NCBI GenBank assembly: GCA_035193785.1
Contig: CP136572.1
Coordinates: 4,948,578-5,012,577 of the forward strand
Direction of reading: 5' to 3'
DNA from: Planktothrix sp. GU0601_MAG3
Lineage (GTDB): Bacteria; Cyanobacteriota; Cyanobacteriia; Cyanobacteriales; Microcoleaceae
DNA length: 64,000 nt
The position numbers and the translations under genes were made by a program. The notes beneath the pieces were generated by a model. That model was not told the DNA's origin. It saw only the letters and a list, made by a program, of their open reading frames with translations, and ran no database searches. This document shows, in pieces, positions 35,788 to 49,108 of this stretch; position 1 is the first letter of the stretch; each line of letters begins with the position of its first letter.

Positions 35788-37198
35788 TTATCCGATCGCC
35801 ATCGGGGGGCGGTGCTGGGAAAAGGGTTGGGCTGCTTCAAGCTGGGCAGCTAAAGCGATTAGAGTGGCTTCAGAGGCTGGTTTTCCCACCAACTGCACCC
35901 CCAGGGGTAAACCTTCGGCGGTAAATCCGGTGGGAATTGCGATCGCCGGTTGGCCACTGACATTAAAACCGGGACAGGGAGAAATCCATTCGGTAATCCG
36001 TTGTAGGGTTTCTGGGGGGGAAAGTTGGGCATATTCCCCCACCCGAATTGCTGGGTGCGTATAGGTGGGCAAAAGCACCGCATCAAAGGGGCTGAAAGAT
36101 GCCACAATTTGACGACCGCCGACCTGCATTTTAGACACCGCTTGCAAATATTCTCCGGCGGTGATTTCCGTTGACATTAACCATTGATTCACTGAGCCCA
36201 AATACTCCTGGGGAATTCCCGCCGCGGCTACTCCCGATTTCCAAACGGCAATAAATGGTTCCAGAATATCACTAAAATCGGGATTAATCGGTTCGATTTG
36301 ATGACCTAATTGTTCAAGGAGATTCACGGTATTTTTTAAGGCTTGTTCACAGTCTGGAGAGAGGGAACTACCGGGTAAAATAGAAGTGGCGATCGCAATT
36401 TTTAAAGACTTTGGTGGTTGTTGAGTTGCGGCTAAAAATGAAGGATTTGGATCGGGTAACCAATAGGGATCACCCAAAATATATCCCGACATAATATCAA
36501 GTAAAGCCGCGGCATCGGCCACGGTACGCGCTAGGGGGCCATCGGTGGAAATCCCACTTTGGAAGTCCCCCACCGGAGCATGGGAAACACGCCCCCGAGT
36601 CGGTTTAATTCCCACCAAACCACAACAAAAAGCTGGGCCACGCACCGACCCCCCACCATCCGACCCATGGGCGACCGGGGACAACCCAGCCGCCACGGCC
36701 GCCGCAGCCCCACCACTGGAACCTCCGGGGGTGTGGTCTAAATTCCAAGGGTTACGGGCGGGAGGGAAACCATCGGGTTCGGTGTAGGGTAGGGAGCCGA
36801 TTTCTGAGGTCGCCGTTTTCCCTAAAATATTAAATCCGGCTTGACGAATCCGGCTGACCACCCCATCATCATAGGTGGCGATTCTATCCATTAAAGCCCG
36901 GGAAACCGTAGGTACAGGCGACTCCGGCAACGGGGTTTAGATCTTTAATAGAAATGGGAACTCCAAAAAAAGGCGGTAAATCCTGAATATCTGAAATCTG
37001 GACTAATTGTTCCGTTTGGGTTTTCGCCAATCCTAAAGCCCTATCTGCCATTACGGTAAAATAACAACCCAACAGAGGATTTAACCGTTGAATTCGATCT
37101 AAATAAAGATTAACTAATTCTAAAGGGGAGATAACTTTGGTGCGAATTAATTGGGCTTGTTCTAAGGCAGAAGTAAAGGCTAAATCCACTGAATTCAT
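35788..37198 (-). CDS. amidase signature family protein, +1 insertion at 36902-36906
   Basis: GVPISIKDL, GGSSGG, GSDGGGSVRGP motifs. Confidence 0.93.
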
Positions 37199-37280
37199 AC
37201 TAATTAACTCAAATAAAATAATGATAAACAACCGTTGATTCTGGTTGAAGTTTATCATTATTCTGGAGAAAACTAACATC

Positions 37281-37413
37281 TATTACCTATTACCCATTAC
37301 CTATTACCCAAAACCCATTACCCAAAACCCAAAACCCATTACCCAAAACCCAAAACCCAAAACCCATTACCCATTACCTATTACCCATTACCTATTCCCC
37401 GTTCCCTGTTCCC
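37281..37413. repeat. STRR heptamer repeats (ATTACCC/AAAACCC/TGTTCCC)
   Basis: Directly visible. Confidence 0.85.
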
Positions 37414-37519
37414 TAGCGCTATATTGTTTGCGACAACACCGGATTGGGGGGTAAACTAGGGACATGGGATTTTAAGATTTCAGCTAAAATTAATTGTTTC
37501 TATTCTAAGGTCACGCGAT

Positions 37520-38768
37520 ATGACACAATCAGAGCGTCCACCTGTGCCTCGTCCGCCAGTACCAGGGGTTCCACCCCGTCCACCCGCACCTAAAGCACCT
37601 CCACCTCCGGGCGCGACCACTGCAACCACTCTTTCTGCACCTGCTCAGGCTACCGCGACAACCACAAGGGTGATGGTCGCACCCAGAAATAAGGGCCCAA
37701 GCCCGGGAAACCCTACCTTAGTGGATATTGTCAGACGAGCCAATGAGGAGGGCGCTTCCGACGTTCACCTAGGGGTGAATGAACCCCCACGCCTTCGGAA
37801 ACGGGGGGATATTGTGCCTTTGGAGTGGCCGAACACCGACTTAAATACCTTTATGAGTTGGTTGATGGAGGTATTAAGCGATGAGGAAATCCGGCAATTT
37901 CAAGAAAACTTAGACTTTGACGGAGCGGCGGATTTAGGTTTTGTCCGCATTCGGATTAGTATTTTTGACGCCCTCAATGGCCCTTCATTGGTGTTGCGGT
38001 TAATTGGTTCTTCGATTTTGACTTTGGAAACAGTTGAAGTTACCAGAGGTATTTAAAAAAATCTGTCAATATCACAAGGGATTAATTCTAGTTACTGGGC
38101 CAACGGGGTCGGGTAAGTCTACTACCCTGGCGGCTATGATTGACTACATGAACCGCAACTATGCCTACAATATTATTACCATTGAAGACCCGGTAGAATT
38201 TGTTCACGAAAGTAAAAAATCCCTGATTAAACACCGAGAAGTCGGGCGTCATACCTTGAAGTTTTTTAATGCTCTTAAAGGGGCTTTGCGTCAAGATCCT
38301 GATGTTTTACTGGTAGGAGAAATTCGGGATAAAGAATCAATGCAAATTGCTTTAAAAGCAGCACAAACAGGTCACTTAGTCTCTGGAACTTTACACACTA
38401 ATAGTGCGGTCAAAACCTTAACTCGGATTTTAGATATGTTTACCGCCGAGGAACAATCTGCAATTAAAGTTTCTATTTCCGAATCTTTGGTGGCTATTAT
38501 TGCTCAATTGTTGTGTAAAACTACCGATGGTAAACGGGCTGCTTTTCACGATGTTCTGATCAATACGGATGTGATTAAGGAATATATCGTGAAAGACAAG
38601 TTTGAAGACATTAATCAAATTATGCTCAAAGATACCTATGAAGGGATGACGACTATGAACAAATCCCTTTATAATCTCTACCAAGAAGGACGAATTACGG
38701 AGGAGATTTGTTTAGAGGTTTCTCCTTTCCCCAACGAGATGAGCCAAATGTTACGAGGACGAGTCTAA
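37520..38768 (+). CDS. pilT: type IV pilus retraction ATPase with Pro-rich N-terminus (PilT2-like), +1 insertion at 38027-38031
   Basis: ASDVHL, GPTGSGKSTT, TIEDPVE, LRQDPD, GEIRD, TLHTNS motifs. Confidence 0.93.
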
Positions 38769-38970
38769 CAAAAATCTAAAGTTTTAGCCGGACTTGGGCT
38801 TTGATCCCATACAGTTAAATATTGGTAGATCGTGATCCTTGACTTTAATAAGTATTAGATTATTTTTCAAGCTAAGGTCACGATTCAACCGTTTCCCCAT
38901 TCGTAATTCGTAATTCGTAATTCGTAATTACCCATTCCCCATTACCCATTTTTACAGATGGAATGATACC

Positions 38971-39787
38971 TTGAATTTATTTCAGTCTACGGTCAATCAT
39001 TCATTTAAAGCGATCGCTTTATTCACCCCCGGGGGAGATTTAGTCTATTGTATCGACCCAAATAAACAGCGTCGTTGGCATTCTGATCTGTGTATTTATT
39101 TACAAGAATTCCTCGGTTTACCCGAACCGCCTCATTTTTTAATTCCTTGCTATACCGCCACCTATGATCAATGGGTCAACCCCCAAACCCAAGAAATTCA
39201 GTTTTCCGCAGAAGCCTATCCCCCAGTTCTGCAATACCAAACCTTATTAAATACCCTGTTTGATACCGGGGATTTAGTTTGGCAACCGACAAAAAATTCC
39301 GAAGAAGTTTGTAACCCTTTAATTATTGCGACTTACTATGAGCGGTTTCCCAAACTGTGGGAAAATCATGATCTGATTGTTCAGGTAAAAAAAACCAATC
39401 TAAGTGATGATTCCATCGCCTCCAAACATCTATCGGAACCGCGATCTCCGGCTTTTGAATTAGATTTATCTCCTCAACCCAAACCCCATGAAACCAAAGG
39501 CTATATTTTACGGTTATTTGTCTCCGGTAATAGTCTGGTGACAGAAAAAACCTTGCAAACCCTACATCAACTCTTAGAAGGTTTCTATCGGTGATCCTTA
39601 CACCTTAAAAGTGATTGACGTTTTAAAACATCCCGACTTAGCCGAAGCTGACCAAATTTCCGCCACCCCCACCTTAATTAAGGTCTGGCCGAAACCCGTG
39701 CGGCGGATTGTTGGAGAGTTAAATAATGTTGATACTATTCTTAAATTATTAGGGAATCCTGCGGATGACTTTCCCAATGAATTTTAA
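38971..39787 (+). CDS. KaiB-domain protein with N-terminal extension, +1 insertion at 39581-39585
   Basis: [10 protein letters not shown] then, after correction, [41 protein letters not shown]. Confidence 0.85.
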
Positions 39788-39805
39788 CTTTCGAGCCTAA
39801 ATCAA

Positions 39806-39869
39806 GTAGGGGCGAATGGCCATTTGCCCCTACAGATGGTGTATAATTGGGTATTCTGCGTAAGTCCTG
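39806..39869. mobile_element. half copy of the AGGACTTACGCA-ended MITE with REP-like hairpin
   Basis: Reverse complement nearly identical to 52232-52295. Confidence 0.75.
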
Positions 39870-39873
39870 TGAA

Positions 39874-42800
39874 TTAACAAGGAATTACAATCATAAATTC
39901 CGCACCTTCACCCGGAATTGAACTTACCTCTATTATACCCGAGTGTTTTTCCACAATAATCTGTCGAGCGATCGCTAATCCTAAACCCGTCCCTTTCCCC
40001 ACTTCTTTTGTAGTAAATAAATGATCAAATATCCTTTCCTGTACCTCTGGACTCATGCCCATACCATTGTCTGTAATCCTGATAATTACCTGTTTTTGAT
40101 CCTGAGATAACTCAGTTTTAATTCTAATTTGATTATTAATCTCCCCATAACTTCGCCCTTGATTAGATTGTTCCAAAGCATCGATCGCATTACTTAAAAT
40201 ATTCATAAACACCTGATTGAGTTGTCCCGCGTAACATTGGAGTTGGGACAAACTGCCATAATCCTTAATTACCTGAATTTCCGGGCGTTTCTCATTAGCT
40301 TTGAGGCGATGTCTGAGAATCATCAAGGTGCTATCAATGCCATCATGAATATTACAGGTAATGGGGTGATCACTATCCCCACGGGAAAAGGTTCTGAGGC
40401 TAACACTCATATCCTGAATTCGCTTCACTCCTTCCTGCATCGAACCAATTAATTTCGGTAAATCTTCCCTGATATAATCCAGATCAATCGCTTCTATTTC
40501 CGCTTGAATTTCTGCATCCGGTTGGGAGTATTTTTTCTGATATAAATCAATTAATTCTAACAAGTCTTTGATATAACTCAGGATGGGTGGAATATTGCAC
40601 TTGAGAAAACTCACAGGATTATTAATTTCGTGGGCAACCCCGGCCACTAAATTTCCTAAAGCCGACATTTTTTCATTCTGCACCAGTTGGAGTTGCATGG
40701 TTTGCAGTTTCCTGTAGGGTTCTCTCCAATTCCTGAGATTTTTGTCGGAGATTATCTTCCGCCCGTTTGCGGGCATCAATATCGGCACAAGTACCAATCC
40801 ATTCTTTCACACTCCCGTCTGTGCTGAGGATCGGAACCCCTTGAACATCAAAATAACGGTAAATGCCGTCAGCCCCCCGAAGGCGGTACTGGGTTCGGTA
40901 TAGGCTCTTAGTTTCAACGGCCTGAAGCCAAAGTTTAGTAGTATGCTCAAGATCATCGGGGTGTAGGGCATTCAGCCATCCGGTTCCCTTAACTTCTTCC
41001 TGGGTCTGTCCCGTATAGGCGATCCAGTGGACGGTATCGAGGTTTTCGCCTTGAGAGTTAGCCAGCCAGATAATCTGGGAGGTGGCGGTTGCTAGGTAAC
41101 GATAGCGAGATTCACTGACTTGAAATTTCTCTAAAGATTGTTCTAGTTGTTGAGCATAGGTTTGGGATTCCTGATAAAGTCGGCCATTTTCTAGGGAAAT
41201 TGCCGCTTGGGAACAGAGGAATTTGAGTAATTCGACACGATCGCCAGTAAATGCACCAACGGCTAAATTATTTTCTAAATATAAAATCCCAATTAACTGA
41301 CTTTGATGGATAATGGGAACACAAATAATACTTTTTGGACGATTTTTTTGGATATAGGGATCGGCGATAAAGCGATTACTAATTCTGGCATCTGCTAGGA
41401 CAAGCGGTTTTAAATTTCGCTTAACACTATTAATAATATTAATCGGTACTTCCAAGCTCAACTCTAAAGCCACGGCGAGTAATTTTTTGGGTGATTTACC
41501 ATCTTCTAGGATGGCAGCTACTTTGAATACTTCCTCTTGTTTGAGCAGTAATACACCCTTATTTGCACCCGCATTAGTAATCACAATTTCCAATAGAGTT
41601 GCCAGGAGTTTTTGGAGTTCAATTTCGCTAGAAATCGCCTGAGAAGCTTTGAGCAGAGCGGTTAAATCCAGAACTTTAGACATACTACTTGAACTATAAG
41701 TAGACATCTTCACCCCTTGGGTGATGGTTTCTTCTAATAAATCCGTCGGGCGAGATTGTTTCGGAATCAGTATCAGCAATTCAGGATAGCGTTTTTCTAA
41801 ATCAATAACTTTGGCCGTAGCTCCCCATTTGGCATAACAATAATAGGCTTCGGTGTAATATCCAGCCGCCACTTTTTCTTTGCCCCAGGCGAGATAAAAT
41901 TGAGCCGCCAGTTTCATTTCCTAGGGCTTCTCCTTGAATCGATTGATTGACTTTAGCAGCCGCAATCCCTCGATCATAATCCTCTATTGCCTGGGCAAAA
42001 TTGCCAGAAACCCGATCTATTTCTGCATTAACTAAACTGGATAAATGTAAGAAATTAACCGGATTATTGTGTGACCAAATTCCGAGTTGTTGCCGATACC
42101 TAGAAATTTTATCCCAACAGTCTTGTTTTTGGTTTTGTGGGAGATTGGGATAACGTTTAATTAGTAACAGGACATGAATAAAACAATGCTGAACATAGGG
42201 TAATAACCCTTGGGGTGCCACATTCACAATCTCTGCATCCGCTTTCTCACTGTAATAAAATGCTTGTTCCCACTGTTCATTAACAAATAGTAATTGGCTT
42301 TTCAAGATATTGAAAATACAAATCACTTGCCAATTTTTATGGTTATGACATTGCTGCAAATAATTAGCTTCCCTGAGATTAGGTGTGTTCCCAATCCATT
42401 CCGCCAAGATAATTTGACCCCCCAGAAACAAATCAATCGCCCACTGATTTTTATATTTCTGACTAAAGGCTAAGGATTCTTTAATTTCACTTAGAAGTTG
42501 TTCAATAAAAACACTTTGATAAAACCGACAATACATATTATGCCCAAAGGCATAGGCGGCATATTGCAAATTACTCGACTCTAAACCGACTCGATAGGAT
42601 GAGAGATAATCTTCAGTGGCAATTTTTAGCGGATGTGACCAATGTCTTAAGGAACTCCCAATCATCAAATAAGCCACACTTTGGGCTGATTTATTATTAA
42701 AAGTTTGCATTAAATCGAGGGTTATATCAATTAATTGGCTCGTATTTTCATACTGATTAAACGCATAGCCCCGTAGACCCCCAAAGGCAGGATAAATATA

Positions 42801-45672
42801 TCCAATCTCCGGTGTATTGCCATATTTCAAGCACAAATTAACCGCTTTTGCACAAATCACCGACCACAATCTTTGATGGGAACGATAGGTGGGTGGCCCC
42901 ATAGCAATTAATAATTTGATTGCCATTTTTGGCTCTATTTCTGTCATAATAGGTAGATTAACCAAATCAGAAAATTGGCGATTTTTTAAGGATTCTTGCA
43001 CCAAGAAAAGTTCGGAATCCCGCACCCTATCCAAATTTTCTTCTGGCAAATCAATATTCACTAAAGCCAGGGCTTGACGACCCGCTTTAATTGCTTCGGG
43101 ATACTTGGCTTGCATCGTGCATTGAACAATCGCCATATTATAAATTTCAGCCTTTTCCATGGGCAATTTTGCCTGGTTTAAAGCCTCTTGCAGCCAGTAT
43201 TCTGCCCGGTCAAAATTGCCTTCAAAATATTCAAGTTCGGCTCGTTCTTTAAACAACGTTAGACTCAAATCATAATGGTTTTCCCAAGCATCCGTGGGTA
43301 AAAGTTCCATTGCCGTTGCAATATAGTTAAAAGCATCAGAATAGGCGGTCGAGGCTTTAGCCTTCATTCCGGCGAGTAAATTTAGTTTGGCTAATTCTTC
43401 TTTTTGGCGGGCTTGAGTGATTAGGCCCTTACCAATATTTAAGTGATTAACGATTTCAAAAATTCGTTCTTCTCGTTCGACTAAGGATAAATTTTGCAGC
43501 AGTAATGTTCCAATATTAAAATGGGTGGTTTGTTTTTCTTCTGGGGCAATTAAACAATAGGCTGCTTGTTGAACCCGGTCATGTAAAAATCGATAGGTCG
43601 GATTAATTGAAGTATTCAGGACTTCTTCTATATCGGTTTCAGTAAAGAATTTATAGATTTTGGTGGTCGGAATGACTAAACCTTTTTGCAATGCTTCCCA
43701 TAAAGATTTTGCCGTTGTTCCTGCTGATTTCTCACTGATAATACCCAAGGTATTCAAATCAAATTCAGCCCCAATACAGGCAGCTAGTTTTAGAACTTCT
43801 TGAGTATCCTTTGCTAATTTCTGTAATTGCCATGCCATAAATTCCACCACATCATCGGTGAGAGATAGGGCTTTAACTTGGGCAATATCACATTGCCAAT
43901 ACCGACTTTCCCAATTAAATAGAATCAAATTTTCACTATGCAAAACCTTGAGAAACTGAGTGGCAAAAAAAGGATTTCCCTGGGTTTTTTGATAGATTAA
44001 TTTTGTTAACGGCTGGGCGAGGGATAATTCACAGTTAATAGTATCAGCCACCAACTGATTGAGATGGGATTGGGTTAAGGGGGGCAAAGTGATGGTATTA
44101 ATGGTTGCTCCCGTTTTGAGCATTTCATTAACCGTTAAAATAACAGGATGGACGGGGGAGACTTCATTATCTCGATAGGCTCCTAAGATGAATAAATAGC
44201 CTAAACTATCTTGGATTAATAATTTTAGCAAATTCAAGGAGGCGGAATCCGACCATTGCAAGTCATCTAAAAATAGGACGAGGGGATGTTTCTTTGCGGG
44301 TGAACACCTGGACAAATTTTTGGAACAGTAAATTAAAGCGATTCTGGGCGGCTGTACCGGATAATTCCATGACGGGGGGCTGTTTCCCGATGATATTTTC
44401 TAACTCGGGAATTACCTCAAATAAAACTTTTCCATTTTCGCCAACTGCTTCTATAATTTTAGTTTTCCAGGTTTGAATTTGGGTATCGGATTCTGATAAT
44501 AACTGCCCGATTAAGTCACAGAGAGCCTGCACAAAACCCCCTAGGGGAATATGTTGATTAAATTGATCATATTTGCCTTTAATAAAATAGCCCCGTTGTC
44601 GGACTATCGGCTTATGAACTTCGTTAATAACGGCGGTTTTGCCAATACCAGAAAACCCCGCTACTAGCATGATTTCTGTACTATTAAGATTAACTCGCTC
44701 AAAGGCATCGAGGAGTTGCTTGACTTCCGGTTCTCGACCATAGAGTTTTTCGGGGATAATAAAGTGATCGTTAATATCTTGCTGACCGATTTCAAAGGTA
44801 TCAATCTGACCCGTAGTTTGCAATTGAGTTAAACAAATCTCTAAATCATGCTTAATTCCCAAGGCACTTTGATAACGGTCTTCGGCATTTTTCTCCATTA
44901 ATTTACCAATAATTTCTGACAAAACTATTGGAATATTGGGGTTAATTGTATGAAGGGGTATAGGTTTTTTGGCAAGATGACAATGGACTAATTCCATAAC
45001 ATCGGAGGATTCAAAGGGAGGTTTTCCCGTTAATAATTGATAGCAGGTGACTCCCAAGGAATAAAAGTCACTCCGATAATCAATGCCTCGATTCATCCGT
45101 CCGGTTTGTTCCGGGGAAATATAGGTTAATGTCCCTTCTAAAATATTGGGATTCTGAATTTCTTGGGTTTCCCTCGGCAGCAGGGAAGAAATACTAAAAT
45201 CAATTAATTTAACTTCTTTGGTGTTGGGATTAATGAGAATATTAGCGGGTTTAATATCTTTATGAATGACTCGATTTTGGTAGAGATAATGTAATGTTTC
45301 TGTGAGTTTGATAGCAATTTCGAGAAACTCTATTAGGGGTAAAAATTTATAGGGGTGACTGGTATCGGTGGTAATATCCAGATATTTACAGAGGGAAATA
45401 CCCCCAAAGTCTTCCATGATTAAAGCATAACTATTGTGATAGGCGTGGAGACCCAGGGGTTTGATAATATGGGGAAAATCAAGATTTTTGGCAATGGTAT
45501 ATTGGTTACGAAATTGGACAAGTTCGCTAAAGTTGGGGTATTCATTCCGTAGGATTTTAATCACGACGGTTACTGGGTCATCATTACGAATAGCGCGATA
45601 GACCTGGGTGTGCGTGCTGGTATACAATTCTTCCGTGATTTGATAATCGGGTAAATCAGTAACAATATTCAT
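39874..45672 (-). CDS. Ser/Thr kinase - AAA ATPase - GAF - PAS - histidine kinase (HstK-type), three +1 insertions at 44288, 41911 and 40707
   Basis: HKDIKPAN, GFSGIGKT, LDDLQW, GAF (LYLENN), PAS, AHEINNP and GTGLGL across four ORFs each offset by one base. Confidence 0.92.
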
Positions 45673-45753
45673 AACCTAAAAGCCTCTGTTTAGTCTTTAA
45701 ATAGTCTAGTTTTGTAAATATTGATATCGCTACCACCCCTGTAATCAATATTC

Positions 45754-46687
45754 TTAAACCGACCCAACCGAAGCAATAATAGTCCGGTGACGAGGGCTAT
45801 TAAAATTAACTGTAGGAGGTTGAAATCCGGCATCTATGATGGCTTGTTTCTAGGTCTAAGGTGAAATATTCATCTAAATAGGGTTCTGTACTTTTTAACA
45901 AGGTGAAAATATAGGGGGGCATTTTCTGGAAAATTTCCGATTTTGGGTTCATATCCATAATCCCTAGATGACCCCCAGGACGCAACAGCCGCCGTGCTTC
46001 TTGGCAGATTTCACGGGTGGCAGATTGGGGTAATTCGTGACAAATTAAACATAGGGAAACTAAGTCAAAAGAGCCACTGGGTAAACCCGTTGATTCTGCC
46101 GGGGCATGAACCCATTTCGGGGTATATTTCAAATTAGATTGTTTTTGTGTATTATGGGTAGCGATCGCTAAAAAATAGGGCGATAAATCAACACCGGTGA
46201 TCTGAGCTTCTGGATAAATTTCTTGCAGGGCAAAGGTACTCATCCCCACACTACACCCCAAATCCAAAATATCCAGAGGTGGCGTGGGTAATTGGGCTTT
46301 TAAAAGATCATGATAACTTTGGCGGAGTTTGGCATCCCCCTGAGCCCCGGCTTCTGGCCAGATTTTAGCATGAACCGAGTATGCGGCCACTTCCACCTCC
46401 ACGGCGGCTTGCCAACTTAGATTTCCCTTCTCATAGGCGTGGAAGGAAGTCAGGTAATAATCAGGATATTGCAGATGGGGGTTTTGGACTTGGGCTAACT
46501 CCCCATCCCAATTACGCGATAACAAAGTTTGGGCCTGTTTTCTCCAAGGAACTCCCATCGCTTCAGCCCGTTTAATCATCATTTGTCGGGCTTGGTGTTT
46601 AGCAAAATTGCTTAAGGGTTTAATGGCTAAAATCCCATTAATGAAGCGGGACATCAATTCCGGTTCCGAGGTTGTACTGACCGCCAT
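45754..46687 (-). CDS. class I SAM-dependent methyltransferase, +1 insertion at 45846-45850
   Basis: LDLGCSVG, LRPGG motifs; corrected C-terminus LEQAIIDAGFQ...NSPRHRTII. Confidence 0.88.
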
Positions 46688-46796
46688 GATTTTGATATCT
46701 GAATGGATGACTATTTAATTTTCTAGTGTTTCATAATTGGGGATTTTTGTCACCCATAAGGGATGTGGGGGCGAGAAGACCTCGCCTCTACCAAGC

Positions 46797-47273
46797 TCAA
46801 GGATGAACCGTTGTTAATTCTATTTTTTGACTATTCATTTCTAAGGGTTGATTATTCAAAACCATTGTAGTTGTTGAATTATATTCAAACCCAATCCGTT
46901 CATAAAATTTTTGTTGATGGGTTGTCATTAAATAAATTCGTTCAACTCGACACATTTTCGGATGACTTAATACCGTTTGAACTAATTTTCGACCCAACCC
47001 ACTTCCCTGATAGTTAGGATGAATCACCACATCCCAAATACTAGCTCGATAAATACCATCGGAGGTGGCTCTAGCAAACCCAATCATTTGTTCATAATCC
47101 CAAACTGTTACCACGGGTTCGCTATTTTCAATTGCAATTTTTAGATCTTCTGGACTGCGATCTTTTGCCCAAAACGCAGCAATTTTAAAGAGGTTTTGTA
47201 GTTGGTTTAAATCAACCTTTGAACGACAATCATCAAAGAGAATATGATGGTTATCCGGTGAGATGTTTTTCAT
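46797..47273 (-). CDS. GNAT acetyltransferase (Ycf52-like)
   Basis: IGFARATSD, WDVVIHPNYQGSGLG, FYERIGF motifs. Confidence 0.88.
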   Translation of the reverse strand: MKNISPDNHHILFDDCRSKVDLNQLQNLFKIAAFWAKDRSPEDLKIAIENSEPVVTVWDYEQMIGFARATSDGIYRASIWDVVIHPNYQGSGLGRKLVQTVLSHPKMCRVERIYLMTTHQQKFYERIGFEYNSTTTMVLNNQPLEMNSQKIELTTVHP

Positions 47274-47531
47274 ATACAATAATAATCCTTCAAATTATTT
47301 TTAGCAACTGATAAATACCCATGACCGTCGTGATAATATGAAATTTCAACTCATTCAGTTATCTTGACTTAAACACTAAAATATTTAACATATTAGAAAG
47401 GATAAATTGTGTGGCGAATTTAACAAAACTTCAGAAGTATTACCCCTGTTCCCTGTTCCCCAGATATTTTCCAATAAAAAACGGGCCAATATAGCCCGCT
47501 TCAGAATTCAACAAAATCAAGTTCTTATTAA

Positions 47532-47817
47532 TTAAGCTTCAACAGCTACAGGTTTCGGCTTCAATTGCAGGATAAACGCTAATTTTTTTGCGAGTTTTGC
47601 CTTTACGTTCAAAGCAAACCACACCATCAACTTTAGCGAATAAGGTATCATCGCTACCAATACCGACGTTATTACCCGGGTGGAATTTGCAACCCCGTTG
47701 ACGCACTAAAATATTACCTGCGCGAACCACTTGACCGCCAAAACGTTTGACACCCAAGCGCTGGGCGTTAGAGTCACGACCGTTACGAGTGCTACCAGTA
47801 CCTTTCTTATGAGCCAT
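47532..47817 (-). CDS. rpmA: 50S ribosomal protein L27; C-terminus probably altered by a +1 insertion at 47552 (uncorrected stop at 47539)
   Basis: [24 protein letters not shown]. Confidence 0.97.
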
Positions 47818-47865
47818 TTTATTCTCCCAATTAAATGATCAGTATTTCAGATATTCAATCACAAT

Positions 47866-48049
47866 GTGAACTACCTAAACCGCCCTAATCGGGTCGGTGT
47901 AGGCTTCCGACTTCACAGACCGATGCCCCTTACTTTTACAAGCAGGTGGACTTACACAGCCTCCATCGGCAAAGACGGGGTTCCCTCCGCCTTCAGTTAA
48001 TATCCTGATTCCCTCATTCCTTCAGACGTGGGGCTTCGGCGCGAAGATG
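47866..48049 (-). mobile_element. internally deleted IS200/IS605-family element: tnpB 3' tail, omegaRNA-region right end, short left-end remnant
   Basis: - strand encodes [23 protein letters not shown]...SVKSEAYTDPIRAV*, overlapping a subterminal hairpin and ending ...GTAGTTCAC. Confidence 0.75.
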
Positions 48050-48055
48050 CTAATT

Positions 48056-48431
48056 TTATGCTTCTGTTGTTGCAGGTTTCTGCGGGTTGTTCTTCCCGCT
48101 TCGCCACCACAGACCCATTTAGACTAATAGATTCAATCATCAAACGGGTAATTTCTTGACGATGACCTTGTTTTTTGCGGGTTTTCTTTTTCGGACGCAT
48201 TTTATAAACGATGATTTTGCGTCCCCGCAGATGGCGTAGTACAGTCCCTTCAACGGTGGCCCCATTCACTAAGGGCTGACCAATTTGAACTTCACCATCA
48301 TGATTGACTAACAGAACTTTATCAATGATAACGGATTCATTTTCATCGACGGGCAACAGTTCAATATCGTAGAAACGACCGGGTTCTACTTTGATTTGTT
48401 TACCGCCTGTTTCAATAATTGCGTAAGTCAT
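48056..48431 (-). CDS. rplU: 50S ribosomal protein L21; native stop probably at 48056 once the +1 insertion at 48076 is removed
   Basis: [12 protein letters not shown]...[10 protein letters not shown]. Confidence 0.96.
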
Positions 48432-48448
48432 GTAATTTTGGGTTAAGG

Positions 48449-48535
48449 TTGCCGTACAGGTAGCCCAACGGTTCCAAGTGTTTTCACTTTCCCCGAGTTT
48501 TGAGCCTTTGCCATGTCTGCACCTGTTCCGAGCAA
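48449..48535 (-). promoter_or_regulatory. putative structured 5' leader of rplU-rpmA
   Basis: TTGCTCGGAACAGGT can pair with ACCTGTACGGCAA just upstream of the start codon. Confidence 0.45.
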
Positions 48536-48649
48536 GGTTTAGACACAATCTCCTATTATCGTTGATGATTGGTGTTTCTGTCAAGTCCAAAACCGTAGTA
48601 AGCCCTTTAGGGCTTCCTCTAATTCTTATTGACGGTTACAGGAAATTAA

Positions 48650-49084
48650 TTAACTCTCACTTTTGCTAACAGTTGGATTCGGTGTTTGTTCAGAAGATTG
48701 CTCAGTAAATAGGGTGTCAATATCAATCGCACCATAGCCTTTTGTGGCTAATAATTTGAGCATTGAACCCAATTGAAACCAAATTAATAAAGCCGTGGGA
48801 ATTACCACCACTAAACCCATAACCGCCGCAATCCAATATACGGAAATAAAGACGGCTAAACTCGAACTGACGGAGACTAGAATTAATAGGGTCATCCCCA
48901 AATAAGCAATAATTAAATTGGGGGTTTTATAATTAATAGAAGTTGAGGGTTGCGGGCTATCACTCCAGAGGGAAACGCTGTATTCTAACATATCTTTAAA
49001 AATAATACCCCATAACACAGCTAAGACCGTTGAAGCAACAACCACAATATAAATCGGGGAAACGACGTTAGATTCAGGCATCAT
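48650..49084 (-). CDS. hypothetical membrane protein
   Basis: About three TM segments; start MMPES assumed. Confidence 0.7.
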   Translation of the reverse strand: MMPESNVVSPIYIVVVASTVLAVLWGIIFKDMLEYSVSLWSDSPQPSTSINYKTPNLIIAYLGMTLLILVSVSSSLAVFISVYWIAAVMGLVVVIPTALLIWFQLGSMLKLLATKGYGAIDIDTLFTEQSSEQTPNPTVSKSES

Positions 49085-49108
49085 ATTAATGGCAAGGATG
49101 GAGGTTTT

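Noticed and set aside
47997..48590. 197-aa extended L21 in the ORF track
   Set aside because: The N-extension is leader sequence; the C-extension arises from the probable +1 insertion reading into the IS remnant
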